Positions 38,651-48,332 of a stretch of 64,000 nucleotides of DNA are shown here, piece by piece. The first letter of the stretch is position 1; each line of letters opens with the position of its first letter. Both the position numbers and the translations under genes were made by a program. The DNA is from an uncultured Chloroflexia bacterium (GTDB taxonomy: Bacteria; Chloroflexota; Limnocylindria; Limnocylindrales; CSP1-4). The notes beneath the pieces are model-generated. The model was not told the DNA's origin and made no database searches. It saw only the letters and a program-made list of their open reading frames with translations. Location of the stretch: assembly GCA_963797685.1 (NCBI GenBank), contig CAWCQK010000004.1:2444-66443 (forward strand). The letters run 5' to 3'.

Positions 38651-39955
38651 ATGGCCGCGATGTTCCTCGACCGCGTGAAGATCTGGGTCCGCGCCGGCGA
38701 CGGCGGCGACGGGGCCGCGACGTTCCGGCAAGAGGCACACGTCCCGCGCGGCGGCCCGGACGGCGGTGATGGTGGTCGAGGCGGTTCGGTCTACCTGCGC
38801 GTGGACGCCGGTCAGACCACCCTTCGCGACTTCAACCACAGGCACCACTTCCGGGCGACGGCCGGCGGCCGCGGCACGAAGGCCCGGCGGCACGGCAAGG
38901 CGGGCGACGACCTCGTCCTCGACGTGCCGCCCGGTACGGCCGTCTACGAGGACGAGTCGGGCGCACTGGTCGCCGACCTGGTGGCCGTCGGGCAGAGCAC
39001 GATGGTCGCCCGAGGCGGGCGCGGCGGGCTCGGCAACACGCATTTCAAGAGCAGCACCCACCAGGCGCCCAAGCATGCCCAGAAGGGCGAGCCCGGGTCC
39101 GAGGGCTGGCTCCGGCTCGAGCTCCGGCTGATCGCGGATATCGGCCTTGTCGGGCTGCCGAACGCCGGCAAGTCCACGATCCTGGCGGGCGTGACCGCCG
39201 CCACGCCGAAGATCGCCGACTACCCATTCACGACGCTGGAGCCGAACCTCGGGGTGATGGACCTCGGCGACGAGGACGAGCGCCGCCCGACAATCGCCGA
39301 CGTGCCCGGTCTGATCGAGGGTGCCAGCGACGGAGCGGGGCTCGGGCACGCGTTCCTTCGCCATGTCGAGCGGACCCGGATCCTGGTCCACGTGGTCGAC
39401 GGATCCGGCCGCGATCCGGCGTGGGACTACGACGTGATCCGGGAGGAGCTCCGCGCGCACGACCCGGCGCTGCTCGACAAGCCGATGCTGGTCGCGTTCA
39501 ACAAGGTCGACCTGCCCGCCGCGGCCGAGGCATGGCCCGCCTTCAGTCGCGCCCGGACTGCCGAGGGGATCGATGCGATCGCGATCTCCGCGGCACACGG
39601 CGAGGGCCTCGGCGAGTTCCGGGCGCGTGTCGCCGACCTGCTGCCCGACGCGACCGAGCTGGCCGAGCCGCCCGAGCCGTCCGGCGTCGTCGTCCACCGC
39701 ATCGAGGCGATGGGCGACGGCTTTGCCGTCGAGCTCGACGGCGACGGCGCGTTCCGGGTGCGCGGCGCGCGGATCGAACGGATCGCCGCCCAGACCAACT
39801 TCGACGTCGAGGAATCGGCCGAGCGGTTCCAGCGGGACCTGGCCCGCCTCGGGATCGAGGCCGAGCTGCGCCGGGCCGGCATCGCTGCCGGCGACCTCGT
39901 TCGGATCGGCGGGACCGAGCTCGAATGGGAGGCGCAGCCCTGGGAGCGTACGTGA
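38651..39955 (+). CDS. obg: GTPase Obg/CgtA
   Basis: Glycine-rich Obg fold GDGGDGAATFRQEAHVPRGGPDGGDGGRGG, G1 GLPNAGKST, G3 DVPGLIEGA, G4 NKVD, and a C-terminal OCT-like domain. ATG 38660 (MFLDRV) is an alternative start. Confidence 0.95.
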   Translation: MAAMFLDRVKIWVRAGDGGDGAATFRQEAHVPRGGPDGGDGGRGGSVYLRVDAGQTTLRDFNHRHHFRATAGGRGTKARRHGKAGDDLVLDVPPGTAVYEDESGALVADLVAVGQSTMVARGGRGGLGNTHFKSSTHQAPKHAQKGEPGSEGWLRLELRLIADIGLVGLPNAGKSTILAGVTAATPKIADYPFTTLEPNLGVMDLGDEDERRPTIADVPGLIEGASDGAGLGHAFLRHVERTRILVHVVDGSGRDPAWDYDVIREELRAHDPALLDKPMLVAFNKVDLPAAAEAWPAFSRARTAEGIDAIAISAAHGEGLGEFRARVADLLPDATELAEPPEPSGVVVHRIEAMGDGFAVELDGDGAFRVRGARIERIAAQTNFDVEESAERFQRDLARLGIEAELRRAGIAAGDLVRIGGTELEWEAQPWERT

Positions 39956-40614
39956 GCGACGGCCCGCACCCGGTCGTGGCGGGCTCGCTCGGCGTCTTCG
40001 GCGGCACGTTCGACCCGATCCATAACGCTCACCTGGCCGTGGCCGAGGAAGCCGCCGAGGTCATCGGCCTCGAGCGCGTGCTGTTCGTCCCGACCGGCGA
40101 GCCGCCGCACAAGCCCGGGCGCGAGATCACGCCGGCGGATGACCGCCTGGCGATGGTCGAGCTGGCGATCGCGGGCAACCCGCGTTTCGCGGCCGCCCGG
40201 CTCGAGCTGGACCGACCGGGTCCGTCGTACACGGTCGACACGCTCGTGGCCCTGCGCGCCGACCGCTCTACAGCCGGCGCGGCGGATGACCTGGTGCTCG
40301 TCCTGTCGGCGGAGGCGTTCCTCGGGCTGATGAGCTGGCGCGAGCCGCGTCGTGTGCTCGAGCTGGCGCGCGTGGTGGTCGCGCCGCGCGACGGCTACCC
40401 GGACGCCGGCCCCGACTTCCTGGCCGAGCACCTGCCCGACCTCGCCGATCGGGCGACCTTCCTCGCCGGGCCCCGTCTGCGCCTGTCCGCCAGCGAGCTG
40501 CGCGCGCGGGCCGCGAGCGGGCGATCGCTGCGCTACCTCGTCCCGGATGCGGTGTCGGCCTACATCGGCGACCATGGGCTCTACCAGGACCTACGGAGGA
40601 ACCCCTCATCGTGA
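39952..40614 (+). CDS. nadD: nicotinate-nucleotide adenylyltransferase
   Basis: GTGA overlap with the obg stop. GVFGGTFDPIHNAHL (T/H-x-G-H motif), SYTVDTL, ISASELR-like LSASELR. Confidence 0.92.
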   Translation: MSDGPHPVVAGSLGVFGGTFDPIHNAHLAVAEEAAEVIGLERVLFVPTGEPPHKPGREITPADDRLAMVELAIAGNPRFAAARLELDRPGPSYTVDTLVALRADRSTAGAADDLVLVLSAEAFLGLMSWREPRRVLELARVVVAPRDGYPDAGPDFLAEHLPDLADRATFLAGPRLRLSASELRARAASGRSLRYLVPDAVSAYIGDHGLYQDLRRNPSS

Positions 40615-41054
40615 CCGAACCCGCCATGCCCCGGACGCCGACCGATAGCGCGACCGCCCCGCGCGCCGACGGCCTCCCCCAGCGCGCACCGCTCGCGCCG
40701 AGCGCCGGGCGACCTCCGCTCGACCTCGCCCGCCGGATCGTCGAGCTGGCCGAGGACAAGAAGGCCGCGGACATCGTGCTGCTCGATCTGGCCGGGCTGA
40801 CGACGATGGCCGACTACTTCGTCATCTGCTCGGGTGGGTCGGAACGGCAGCTGTCGGCCATCGCGGACGGGATCATCGGGAGCCTCCGCGACGAGAAGAT
40901 GAAGCCGATCGGGCGCGAGGGGACGGCCGCGTCGCACTGGGTCCTCGTCGACTACGGGTCGGTCATCGTCCACATCTTCACGCCCCCGGAGCGCGACTAC
41001 TACGGCCTGGAAAAGCACTGGTCCGAGGCACGGACGATCCTCTCCGTCCAGTAG
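40611..41054 (+). CDS. rsfS: ribosome silencing factor RsfS
   Basis: GTGA overlap with the nadD stop. KKAADIVLLDL...ADYFVICSGGSERQ...WVLVDYGSVIVHIF...R..Y.LE..W is the RsfS/iojap pattern, preceded by a roughly 35-aa Pro/Ala-rich N-terminal extension. Confidence 0.92.
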   Translation: MTEPAMPRTPTDSATAPRADGLPQRAPLAPSAGRPPLDLARRIVELAEDKKAADIVLLDLAGLTTMADYFVICSGGSERQLSAIADGIIGSLRDEKMKPIGREGTAASHWVLVDYGSVIVHIFTPPERDYYGLEKHWSEARTILSVQ

Positions 41055-41134
41055 GGCGCGGCGCGTGGGCGGCGCGGGACGGCACCCCTGATCGTCGCCA
41101 GCCGGGTAGTGCGTGGGGGTACTAGCGGGTCATG

Positions 41135-41162
41135 TTGACCGTGGAGGCACCGCTCCTACAGT
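41135..41162 (+). promoter_or_regulatory. candidate promoter TTGACC-N16-TACAGT placed for a leaderless transcript of the 41169 gene
   Basis: Read directly. The -10 element ends 6 nt before the A of ATG 41169, and no Shine-Dalgarno sequence lies in between. Confidence 0.4.
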
Positions 41163-41168
41163 CCGCGC

Positions 41169-41423
41169 ATGTCCGCCGTTCGAGATCGCTGCCCAGCCTG
41201 TGCCCGCCGGCTCATCACGACCCGGTTCGACACGACGTTCCGCCTCCCTGACCGGAGCGAGCGGCTGTGCTTCGGCATCCCCGGCGGGCTGTGCGAGGAC
41301 TGTTCGCAGCTGTACATCGATCCGGACCTGATCGAGCTGCTCGATCTGGGCGAAGGCCGCTGCGTCTTTGCCATCGAGAGCGACCTCGTCGTCCAGGAGC
41401 AGGCCTGGTCCTCGGGTCACTGA
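41169..41423 (+). CDS. YgiT-type zinc-finger (MqsA N-terminal-like) small protein
   Basis: 84 aa. CPAC...(x27)...CEDCSQLYIDPDLIELL matches the YgiT-type C-P-x-C ... C-x-x-C-G/S-E-x-Y pattern. It has no HTH domain and there is no adjacent MqsR-like gene. Confidence 0.6.
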   Translation: MSAVRDRCPACARRLITTRFDTTFRLPDRSERLCFGIPGGLCEDCSQLYIDPDLIELLDLGEGRCVFAIESDLVVQEQAWSSGH

Positions 41424-41426
41424 CCC

Positions 41427-42482
41427 TCAGGCGCTCCGCCCGTCACGACCGGCGTGATCGATCAGCCAGAGACCGAAGGCCAGCCGTCGCTGCGTCTCGT
41501 CGATCTCCGAGCCGGGCGCGCCCTTGACCATCGCGTCGAGCTCGACCAATCCATCGAGCGCCGCGGTCAGCTCGGCCGTGGTCCACAGCCGGGCCTGTTC
41601 GCGCAGCTTCTCCATCCGGTATTCGGTGGTGATCCCCATCGCCTTGCCGATCGCCGGCAGCCGCTCGCCCGCGTCGAGCCGGTCGCGTGTCTCGAGCAGC
41701 TCACGGACACGGCGGTGGAGGACGGCGAGCAGGACGGGTTCCGGGGTCGTCTCGATCAGCCGCTCGAGGAGCTCGAGCGCCCGTTCGACCCGCCGCTCCC
41801 CGACGGCGTCGGTGAACGCCCACATGGAGCCCGGGACGGCCTCGGCGACGAGCGCCCGGACATCATCGGGCCCGATCGGCTCGGAGCCCCGGTAGAGCGC
41901 CAGCTTGTCGAGCTCCATCGAGGCGATCGCGGTCTGGTGGCGGCGTTCCGCATCGCCCTCCTGGACGAACCCACCGACCCGCTCGGCGATGAGCTTGGCC
42001 GACCCCGGGGCCAGGGTCAGACCGCGCTCGCGGCCCTCGGCCTCGATCCAGCCCGCGAGCGCGCCGCCCTTGGGCGAGCGGAACTGGCGGACGAGGCCGC
42101 CGGCCGCCGCGATCGCGTCGGCCAGTCGCTTCGGCACCGGCGACTTCGCCCCGGACTGGCTGGCATCGAGGATGACCATCGCATTCCCCGGCGCGACCAA
42201 TGCGAGCGCCGCCAGGAACGCGTCGCGGTCCTCGGTCTTGACCACCAGGGCGCCGGCATTGTGCACCACGGCCAGCGTCCCGCCACCGAACATGACCGGC
42301 GTGGCGACGCGCTCGTTGAGGTCGGCCAACTGGCCGCTCGCAGTATTGCGATTGCCGCGCAGGACCCAGCGCTCGAGCGGCGCTCCGCTCTCCGCGGCCA
42401 GCGCCGCCTCGAACCGCTCGACGGCTCGGGCGGCCGACAGCTCGTCATCGCCCCAGAAGAATGCGAGTGGCACGGTCGTCAT
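41427..42482 (-). CDS. holA: DNA polymerase III subunit delta
   Basis: 351 aa. The N-terminal clamp-loader-like fold, the C-terminal helical domain and the position next to comEC are all typical of holA. Confidence 0.85.
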   Translation of the reverse strand: MTTVPLAFFWGDDELSAARAVERFEAALAAESGAPLERWVLRGNRNTASGQLADLNERVATPVMFGGGTLAVVHNAGALVVKTEDRDAFLAALALVAPGNAMVILDASQSGAKSPVPKRLADAIAAAGGLVRQFRSPKGGALAGWIEAEGRERGLTLAPGSAKLIAERVGGFVQEGDAERRHQTAIASMELDKLALYRGSEPIGPDDVRALVAEAVPGSMWAFTDAVGERRVERALELLERLIETTPEPVLLAVLHRRVRELLETRDRLDAGERLPAIGKAMGITTEYRMEKLREQARLWTTAELTAALDGLVELDAMVKGAPGSEIDETQRRLAFGLWLIDHAGRDGRSA

Positions 42483-43123
42483 CGGGCGGTGACTGCGTCG
42501 TGCTCGAGGCGTGCCGCCACGAGCGCCCGGCCGGTCCAGCCGAGACGACGGACATCCTCGGGCGCCACCCCCGCCGCGCGACAGACGTCGGCCTCGAGGC
42601 GCGCAGCTCGTCCCCGGATGGACCGATATGTCGCCTCGTCCCAGCCGGTCAGCTGCCCGTCGACCACCCTGGCCGGATGGCGCCGCCGCCAGCGGGCGAA
42701 CCGGGCGTCGAGCGATTCGAGCCGTTGGCTCGCTCGCTTGTCGGCGTAGGCGACGATCCGCTCCTCGCGGGTCGCGAAGGAGGCCCAGCGCCGGTACGCC
42801 TCCGCGTCCGCGAGCCGGGTCACCGGGTGGTTCGCGACCGCCCGCGCCAGCTCAGGGTGGCCGGCCCGTGTCAGCCAGGCCGCCGAGCCGTCGCCGTGGC
42901 GGAGGGCGTGGGCCGGGTCGTCGACTGGAAGCGCCTTGTCGGTGTCGTGCAGCAGCGCCGCGGCCTCGACCAGCGCGCGGTCCACCGGGATCCCGCGGCC
43001 CTCGATCCGCGCCGCCAGCCAGCCCGCGACCTCGGCTACGGCGCGGGCGTGCCGGACGAACCACGGCGGGGGATCCAGGGACAGAAGGAGGGAGGCGGCC
43101 TCCACCCGCCCAGGCACGGTCAT
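42479..43123 (-). CDS. HD domain phosphohydrolase, YqeK-like
   Basis: H...LLHDTDK (HD motif), then HG, NHP and YADKR segments spaced as in YqeK-type HD proteins. ATGA overlap with the holA start. Confidence 0.7.
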   Translation of the reverse strand: MTVPGRVEAASLLLSLDPPPWFVRHARAVAEVAGWLAARIEGRGIPVDRALVEAAALLHDTDKALPVDDPAHALRHGDGSAAWLTRAGHPELARAVANHPVTRLADAEAYRRWASFATREERIVAYADKRASQRLESLDARFARWRRRHPARVVDGQLTGWDEATYRSIRGRAARLEADVCRAAGVAPEDVRRLGWTGRALVAARLEHDAVTAR

Positions 43124-45703
43124 CGACTCGATGGTACCCGACGGTCAGGCTCCGGCCGGGGCGAGCGTCGGCTGCTGTCGTCGGGGCCGGGAGTGTCGGC
43201 AGCAACCCGGTCACGGGGATCGCGCAGAGATACGCTGCCGGCACGGCGCCCGATGTGGTGGCCAGTGCAGGTCGGGCCGGCGTGACGGCCGCCGGACGTC
43301 CGCCCTCGGCATGAACCGTCATCCCGCTCGTCTCGAACCCGACCACGACCGATCCATCGAGATCCGTCCGAAAGACGCGCGCCCCTGATGCTGCGAGCCG
43401 GTCGAGCGTCGACTTCGCCGGGTGGCCATACGGATTTCCGGCTCCGGCCGAAGCGACCGCGATCGTCGGTCTCGTGGCGTCGACGAACGCCTGTGTCGTC
43501 GCGGTCTTGCTGCCGTGATGGGCAACCTTGAGGAGGTCGACATGCGGCAGGTCGTCCTTGAGCAGCGAGGGATCGATGCCCTCCTCGACGTCGCCCATCA
43601 ACAGGAAGCGCCGCTCCCCGACCTGGCCGAGAAGGACGACCGAGACGTTGTTGATGCCTGTCCCGCCGTCGGGCGGTGTGGCCGGGACCTGACCGCGGAT
43701 GGGCCACAGCACGCGCATCGAGATCTCGTCCACCGACAGCCGATCCCCCGCCGCGAGGATCGCTCGCTTGGCGGCTCCCGCGGCGGCCAGCGTCCGCTGC
43801 CACGCCGCGTAGCCGGGACCCGGACCGATCATCCCGGGCTCGAACACGCGACCGACGCGATAGCGCTTCAACAGCAAGGCGAGGCCGGCGACATGGTCCT
43901 CGTGCGGGTGGGTCAGGATCACGGCATCGATCCGACGGTCCCACGGCGGGATCCGCGCGTCGAGGACGACGAGCAGCCGGTCCGGGTCGGGCCCACCGTC
44001 GACGAGCAGCCGGCCACCGCGCGACCCCTCGACGAGGATCGCGTCACCCTGGCCGACGTCGAGGATCGAGATGCGGGCGATGCCCGCGGGTCGTGCGGCG
44101 AGGACCCCGCCGGTCACCGCGATCGCGACGACGAGCGCGACCGTCGCGCCGCGTGCCGCGGCTCGGCCAGGGTTCCGGGCTGGACGTGGAGCCGCCTGCT
44201 GGGGTGGCATGGTCCGGTCGTCGACCGGCGCGGGTGTCCCGCCGCCTGCCGACCGATCCGCGATCCGGGGACTCCTCCGCCACCGGGTCAGGACGACGAG
44301 TCCGAGCGCCGCGGCGATCCCTGCGAGAAGGTCGAACGGCGTGGCGAGGGTCACGCTTGCGAACGGCAGGCCGGCCGCCGTCAGCACGATCGCGTCGAGG
44401 ATCCGCAGGATCACCCATCCCGGTGCGGCGAGGACGGCTCCGACCACCGTCGGCGCGCCGGCGAGGACCAGCGCGCCGCCGGCCAGCGCGACCACGCCGG
44501 CAGCCATCGCGGGCGCGACCAGGGGCACGACCAGCAGATTGACCACGGGCGACAGGACTGCGAGCCGTCCGAACGAGACGAGGATGATCGGCAGGGTCGC
44601 GGCCTGGGCGGCCAGCGACACGCCGAGGCTTTCCGCGAGCCAGCGCGGCATCCGCCCGCGGCCGCTCTGTTCGAGCCAGTCCGTGAGAGGCGTCGCCCAG
44701 GCGATCAGGCCCAGCGGTCGCGAGCGACGACAGCTGGAATCCGGCGTCACCGATGAGGGCCGGGTCCGACACCAGCAGGATCGTCGCCGCCCAGCCGAGC
44801 GCGGCCGCGGCCCGTCCCGCGCGACCGCTCTCGCGTGCGAGCAGCACGACGCCGGCCATCAAGGCGGCCCGCACGACCGACGCCGACGCTCCCGACGAAG
44901 GCGACGTAGACGACGATCGCGAGCACCGTCACGACCGATCGGCGGCGGCGTCCGAGACGGCCGGTCATCGCGGCGATGGCCGCTGCCACGATCGCGATGT
45001 TCCAGCCCGAGATGGCGACGACGTGGCTGACGCCGGCGGTCGTGAACGCAGCCGCGAGGTCACGATCGACGAGGTCGCGCAACCCGATCAGGATGCCGGC
45101 CGCGAGCCCTGCCTCCGGCTCCGGCAGGACACGGGCCAGCGCCTCCGCAGCGCCACGACGCAGCTCCTCGAGACGACGGCCCGGATCGTCGGGTGCGGGC
45201 AGGACGTCGAGCGTCCGCGACGTCAACGTCCCGGCCGCCCCGATCCGAAGGAGGTACGCGCCGTACGGCGAGTCCGGTCGCGGCCGGATCGCGCCCGTGA
45301 CGGTCACCCGGTCGCCCGGGATCACGACCGGGTAGCGGGGCAGCGTGGCGGCGACACGGAACGGGCGATCGGAATCGGCCGGGGCCGTCAGGGTCGCGGT
45401 CTGGGAACCGTCGCGTGGTGACCCGGTCGCCTCGACGACCAGCGTCCACGGGCCGTCGCCATCTGGTGGCCGATCGAGGAGCGCGGGGCCCGCTGGGACG
45501 ACAGCCAATCGGATGGCCACGAGTCCGGCCCCGACTGCGACCGGGAGCATGGCCCGGGCCCCCATCCGCGGCCGAGCCTCGCCGATGAGCAGGATCGCCG
45601 CCAGGCCCAGCGCGATCGCCGCCCCGAGATGGTTCGGTGCGACCTGTCCTGCGGCGACCGCTGCGGCGATGGCGCCCAACGCGAGCCGGCCGCTGCGACC
45701 CAT
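43120..45703 (-). pseudogene. comEC: DNA internalisation competence protein ComEC/Rec2, at least 2 frameshifts (about 44891-44897 and 44708-44712)
   Basis: The N-terminal OB/TM part is in ORF 44747..45703. GASASVVRAALMAGVVLL...FQLSSLATAG is in ORF 44044..44874. LIAWATPL..., further TM helices and the MBL domain (ILDVGQGDAILV...THPHEDHVAGL...KVAHHGS) are in ORF 42852..44750. The last frame runs on to 42852 over the HD gene, so the true end is probably the TGA at 43120-43122 in another frame. Confidence 0.85.
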
Positions 45704-45704
45704 C

Positions 45705-46454
45705 TCAGCGCACCGTCACGAGACCCTTGAGGCCATCGAACGTCTTCTCGCCGACCAGCTTCCGGGTGCGGAGGTCGTCGACGGCGACGAACGGCTGGCC
45801 GTCGCGTGAGGCGAGGATCTTCGCCGCGGTCGCGGGGCCGATCCCGGGCAGCGTGTCGAGCTCGCCGGCCGTCGCGTGATTGAGGTCGATCGGTCCAGCC
45901 GAACCGGCGGACCCGCCACCAGTCGACCCGGTCGCGCCGGTCGTGCCACCCGCGTTTCCCGCGCTGGCGAGAGGAGCGTCATCGCGCGACGGGACGCGGA
46001 TCTGGTCACCGTCGTGCAACTCCGCGGCGAGGTTGAGCTCCCGGCCGGCGCGTCCGGCATCGACGCGCGGCCCGTAGCCGCCGGCCGCCGTCAGCAGGTC
46101 GCCGACCCGCGCATCGCCCGGCATCCGGAAGACGCCCGGGTGGCTCACGGCCCCGACGATCTCGACGACCACCTCACCCTCGACAGAGGGCGCGGTCACG
46201 CCGACCGCCGAGCTCGAACCCGGTCGCTCACTGTCGAGTGGCGTTCCACCAACGACCGCGACCGCGCCCGTCGAACCGCTCCCGAATGCCAGCACGAACG
46301 CGGCGGCAGCGAGCAGGACGGCGCCGCCGATCGCAAGCAACGTCGTCCGCGAGACGGCCTTGATCCCCGTCGATGGGAGCGGTTCGCCGGCGGGGGCGAC
46401 GACGGGAACCACCGGGTCTTCCAGGACGCGCCACGGCGCCGGACTCGGATCCAC
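45705..46454 (-). CDS. comEA: ComEA family DNA-binding protein (SLBB + helix-hairpin-helix)
   Basis: TM helix TLLAIGGAVLLAAAAFVLAF, SLBB segment VEIVGAVSHPGVFRMPGDARVGDLL, and C-terminal INHATAGELDTLPGIGPATAAKILASR HhH motif. The GTG start is uncertain. Confidence 0.88.
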   Translation of the reverse strand: MDPSPAPWRVLEDPVVPVVAPAGEPLPSTGIKAVSRTTLLAIGGAVLLAAAAFVLAFGSGSTGAVAVVGGTPLDSERPGSSSAVGVTAPSVEGEVVVEIVGAVSHPGVFRMPGDARVGDLLTAAGGYGPRVDAGRAGRELNLAAELHDGDQIRVPSRDDAPLASAGNAGGTTGATGSTGGGSAGSAGPIDLNHATAGELDTLPGIGPATAAKILASRDGQPFVAVDDLRTRKLVGEKTFDGLKGLVTVR

Positions 46455-46503
46455 GTGACGACCTCCGCGGCGGGCGGTCGCGCGACGACGTCACAGGCAG
46501 TCG

Positions 46504-46550
46504 CGACGTCTCGCCACGTTGGGGGCACTTCCGACGTGGCGGAGACGTCG
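46504..46550 (-). repeat. long imperfect inverted repeat (16/17-bp arms, 14-nt spacer) between the cyclase and comEA genes
   Basis: CGACGTCTCGCCACGT ... ACGTGGCGGAGACGTCG read directly, with one extra G in the right arm. No U-tract follows on the transcribed strand. Confidence 0.5.
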
Positions 46551-46623
46551 TGGGACGACTCTAGCGAAGGCCGCTTATCTGCGACTTATCGAGGACCACC
46601 GAGCGGCTCCGGCACGATCCGTC

Positions 46624-47997
46624 TCAGGTGCGGCGTTTGACGACCGTGTACGTGTCCATCGGACCGTGTCCGCGAAGGTGGACGGGACCGCAGGCCTCCC
46701 CTTCGAAGAGTTCCTCCACCTTTTGCCACGTCACGGCGCTGACGTGGACGCGGTCGGGGATGCCCTGCGATTCAAGTCGGCTGGCGATGTTCACCGTTTC
46801 GCCCCAGATGTCGAACGCAAACTTGCGGTGGCCGATCACGCCGCCGATGACGGGCCCCGAATGCACACCGATCCGGAGCCGGAGCTCGGCCGGTCCGTCG
46901 CTCTCCTCCGCAGCGACGTCGAGCATCGCGAGTCCGAGATCCACCACCCGAGCCGCGTGATCGTCGAGCGGCTCGGGGAGCCCGCCGGCGGCCATGTACG
47001 CATCGCCGATGGTCTTGATCTTTTCGAGGCCGCGTTCAGCGACGAGCTCGTCGAAACGCGCGAAGAGTCGGTCGAGCATCCCGACCACTTCGTTGGCTGG
47101 CAGGCGGCCGGTCAACGGCGTGAACCCGACGATGTCGGCGAAGAGCACGGTGACGGACGGAAACTCGTCGGCGATCGTCCGCTCACCCGCGAGGAGACGC
47201 GACGCGATCGATCCCGGAAGGACATTGAGCAACAGCTCGTCGGCCCTGTCCTTCTCGAGCCTCAACGCGTCCGACTGTTGGGTGATGACGGTGTCCTGGT
47301 AGAAGACGCGGCGGCGCGACTGCTCGAGCAGTCGCAGGGCAACGAGAGTGCCGATCACGGCGGCTCCGAAGATGAATGCATCCACCAGGAGATTGCCCGG
47401 ACCCCGGTAGAGGCTGGCAGCGACGACGAAACCGGCGACGATGACCGCCGTGCGCCCCGCGGCAAAGATGAAGCCGGTGCGTGTCACGAACCCGAAGGCG
47501 AACAGCAGCATCAGCGCGCTGATCCCATATCCCGGCAGGACGCCGGCCGCGGACGCGATCCAGAGGATGACCAGCCCGTTCACCGAGGTCAGGGCAGACA
47601 TGATCAAGTGCTGTCGATCCAGTGTGTCCGCGCGGGCCGAGAGCAGGAACGCCGCCAGGTTCAGGGCGGTCATCGCCAGGCACAGCGGGATCACGCGTTC
47701 CGGCGCGATCGGTGTTCCCATCGGGACGACGGCCGCGGCGAGGAGCCACAGGACCGTCGCCGTGCCGGTGGTGATGCGGAAGCCGGTCCGACTCTCGGCG
47801 CCTTCTTGGCGTTGATAAAGCCGTTCTACGCGAGTGTCGAGAAACCGCAGCGAGCCCCGTCGGAGAGTCCCGCCATGGACATCGATCTCGGTCGTCGCTC
47901 CATCCGGTGGCTGGGACGTCCCATGTTCAGCGGCCGAGACCTCGCCGCGCCCGGGATGGCGAAGGTTCCTGGGCCACATCCGAGCAGGAATGGTCAC
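46624..47997 (-). CDS. membrane-anchored class III adenylate/guanylate cyclase
   Basis: N-terminal multi-TM region (about residues 80-230), then a cyclase homology domain VTVLFADIVGFT...KTIGDAYMAAGG...IGVHSGPVIGGVIG...FDIWGETVNIASRLES. The start is GTG 47997 or ATG 47979. Confidence 0.9.
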   Translation of the reverse strand: MTIPARMWPRNLRHPGRGEVSAAEHGTSQPPDGATTEIDVHGGTLRRGSLRFLDTRVERLYQRQEGAESRTGFRITTGTATVLWLLAAAVVPMGTPIAPERVIPLCLAMTALNLAAFLLSARADTLDRQHLIMSALTSVNGLVILWIASAAGVLPGYGISALMLLFAFGFVTRTGFIFAAGRTAVIVAGFVVAASLYRGPGNLLVDAFIFGAAVIGTLVALRLLEQSRRRVFYQDTVITQQSDALRLEKDRADELLLNVLPGSIASRLLAGERTIADEFPSVTVLFADIVGFTPLTGRLPANEVVGMLDRLFARFDELVAERGLEKIKTIGDAYMAAGGLPEPLDDHAARVVDLGLAMLDVAAEESDGPAELRLRIGVHSGPVIGGVIGHRKFAFDIWGETVNIASRLESQGIPDRVHVSAVTWQKVEELFEGEACGPVHLRGHGPMDTYTVVKRRT

Positions 47998-48332
47998 CTG
48001 TTCCCGCCTTCATCGATCTCGAAGCTCTGCTCCGCCGCACGACGGGACACAGCGTGTGAGCGTCAAGTCTGGTGCCGAGATTCACAAACGGCATCGTCGG
48101 AATGACGTAGGGACCGAGCCCAGTCGGCTGAGGTCACGGAGGCGTTGGACCGCCGCACCGGGCGCGATGAGCGCCCGCATCCTGGTGCCCGCGAGCACCG
48201 ACAGGCACCATCCACGAGCGATGAGGTCCGCTACGTGCGATATGCTCGAGCGCGGCCAGCCCGTGTGACACGTCGCACGGTCATGCGCCAGGCGATCCGG
48301 CGGGGGGCCGGGCGCTGCAGCTTCGTGTGTAG

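Noticed and set aside
37403-39697. 764-aa minus-strand ORF
   Set aside because: It is antisense to the LysM-M23 peptidase and obg, both of which have unmistakable motifs on the plus strand. Its composition is low-complexity Arg/Asp/Gly.
41169-41423. MqsR/MqsA toxin-antitoxin pair
   Set aside because: Only the zinc-finger half of an MqsA-like protein is present. There is no HTH domain and no small upstream toxin ORF.
46624-47997. Class III cyclases as Pycsar/CBASS-like antiphage signalling
   Set aside because: The 46.6-kb cyclase has a multi-TM signalling-type N-terminus, and the other cyclase is fused to a phospho-receiver in a two-component operon. No adjacent cNMP-binding effector, TIR, patatin or nuclease genes are present, and the neighbours are housekeeping genes.
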